NCBI GenBank assembly: GCA_043778225.1
Contig: JAYWGM010000027.1
Location: 1 to 35,355, forward strand
DNA: 35,355 nucleotides
Reading direction: 5' to 3'
DNA from: Deinococcales bacterium
Lineage (GTDB): Bacteria > Deinococcota > Deinococci > Deinococcales > JAAFIG01
Shown: piece by piece, positions 33,973 to 35,355 of the stretch
Layout of the letters: the number at the start of each line of letters is the position of its first letter
Position numbering within the stretch: the first letter of the stretch is position 1
Translations under genes and position numbers: made by a program
Notes under the pieces: generated by a model
The model's database searches: none
What the model was told of the DNA's origin: nothing
What the model saw: only the letters and a program-made list of their open reading frames with translations

Positions 33973-35181
33973 TTAGGTGCGAATCAGACACGCATCCAAA
34001 TCGGCTTTCAAGTCTTCGCAATCCTCGAGACCCACAGAGAAACGAAACACGCCGTCACCCGCCCAAGTTCGGTAGGACGCGAGTTGAGGCTCATCCAGTG
34101 TAAACGAGGTTTGTACGAGTTCGGAAGTGCTGACGTAATAAATCAGACTGCGTTGATGCCCTAAGGAGACCGCATAATGAATGAACTGGAGTCGCTCGGC
34201 AAACGCCTTGGTTTGGGCAGTTGCATTCCGAGTCTGAAAAGCAATCATCCCAGAAAAGTTTTGCATTTGACGCACCGCCAAGGCGTGTTGAGGATGGGAG
34301 GGCAAGCCAGGATACGTGACCTGTGTGACGGCTGGGTGGTTCTCGAGGAATTGGGCAAGGCTGAGGGCGTTTTGCTCATGGGTTCGCATTCGCATCGGAA
34401 GCGTGGCAATGCCTCGCATGATTAGCCAAGCGTTAAAGGGGCTTATCACTCCACCCAAGTGTATGAGCAGGTGGCGTACCCCCGCCATGTCGGCGCTTGA
34501 GCCAAGCAATGCCCCCCCGATGGCATCACCGTGACCGCACAAGTATTTACTGAGTGAGTGAACCACAAAATCCGCCCCGAGTTTGAGCGGTTGCGTAGCA
34601 ATAGGTGTGGCAAAGGTCGAATCAACTGAGAGTCTTGCTCCAGCGGCGTGGGTGATTTGGGCGATGGCGCTGATGTCCGAAAGTCTTACAATCGGGTTGC
34701 ACGGTGTTTCGATATGGACCAGTTTGGTTTGGGGTCGCATCGCCGCACCCAGCGCCGTCAGGTCGGTGGTGTCTACTCGAGTCACCTCAATGCCTAAGCT
34801 GGGAATCAAGCCTTTGAGCAGTTCAGTAGCCCCGACATAAGCAACATCGCTCATCACCACATGATCGCCGGGTTTAAGGACGTGCAACATCAGTGCCGAG
34901 ATTGCCGCCATGCCACTGCTGAAAGCAACACAGGCTTGAGCGTCTTCTAGCAACATCAGTTTATGCTCGAGTTGCTGAACGGTGGGATTGCCCTCTCGGG
35001 TGTAAAAAAAACTTGATGGGTTGTCAAGGTTCTCGGGCGAGAACGGTGCTTCTGCCTCGGTCACAAAGGAGGTTGACATGACGATATTGGGAGACGACGC
35101 ACCAGTCGTGGCATCGGGCGACTCGCCACCATGAATGGCTCGCGTCTGAAACCCAGAAGTTCTGATTGACTTTTCTTTCAT
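33973..35181 (-). CDS. Trans-sulfuration PLP enzyme (cystathionine gamma-synthase/methionine gamma-lyase family)
   Basis: YTREGNPT, FSSGMAAI, ETPCNP, VDSTFATP, HSLSKYLCGHGD (PLP Lys); likely start ATG 35181. Confidence 0.93.
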   Translation of the reverse strand: MKEKSIRTSGFQTRAIHGGESPDATTGASSPNIVMSTSFVTEAEAPFSPENLDNPSSFFYTREGNPTVQQLEHKLMLLEDAQACVAFSSGMAAISALMLHVLKPGDHVVMSDVAYVGATELLKGLIPSLGIEVTRVDTTDLTALGAAMRPQTKLVHIETPCNPIVRLSDISAIAQITHAAGARLSVDSTFATPIATQPLKLGADFVVHSLSKYLCGHGDAIGGALLGSSADMAGVRHLLIHLGGVISPFNAWLIMRGIATLPMRMRTHEQNALSLAQFLENHPAVTQVTYPGLPSHPQHALAVRQMQNFSGMIAFQTRNATAQTKAFAERLQFIHYAVSLGHQRSLIYYVSTSELVQTSFTLDEPQLASYRTWAGDGVFRFSVGLEDCEDLKADLDACLIRT

Positions 35182-35355
35182 AGAAATTTGCCTCTTGGGC
35201 ATTAAAATAGCATAAGCATGGACTGAAGACCCGAGACTAGTGCAGCGTCGGACAAGTCGGTAGACTTGGCGAGCTATGCGAGTACCGATAGGTGCTTTGT
35301 CGTGGAGTTCGTAGGCTTGAGGGACGATAGACGAAGGACTTAAACGACAAAGCAC

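Noticed and set aside
35182..35355. SAM riboswitch upstream of the Met/Cys metabolism gene
   Set aside because: A GAGGGAC...GACGAAG resemblance is on the wrong strand, and the ATC..GAG and GCAACC core elements are missing.

Overview
Chromosomal segment of a moderate-GC bacterium, most likely Deinococcota (Deinococcales-like). The evidence is the rho, upp/MraY-like, YqeG, M29 aminopeptidase and RpoE-like/anti-sigma/MucB-like genes, and many leaderless genes with a TANNNT box 5-8 nt before the start codon. The palindrome CTCGAG is very strongly over-represented in native genes and nearly absent from the AT-rich accessory genes. Housekeeping genes flank two accessory zones. Zone 1 (about 11.1-21.9 kb) holds (a) a small secreted peptide ending in CAIGC next to a TPR/winged-helix regulator, a candidate peptide-signalling pair; (b) three toxin-less antitoxin-like genes; and (c) a minus-strand cluster. 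That cluster is a hidden 106-aa ORF with an apparent ATA start, a heme-oxygenase-like dimetal oxidase, a FeeM/LuxI-like GNAT acyltransferase, an M15 peptidoglycan peptidase and a 2TM/beta-barrel (Cap15-like) protein. Its promoter carries an 11-bp-period direct repeat and faces a divergent SARP/BTAD-STAND-TPR regulator followed by a subtilase. This is the best candidate for an undescribed regulated biosynthetic or conflict system. Zone 2 (29.3-31.9 kb, next to rho) is a defence/TA island: an Mrr-like nuclease, XisI, XisH split by a 40-bp insertion, 47-bp promoter-containing direct repeats, and RelBE. All family calls come from motif recognition by eye, not database searches.
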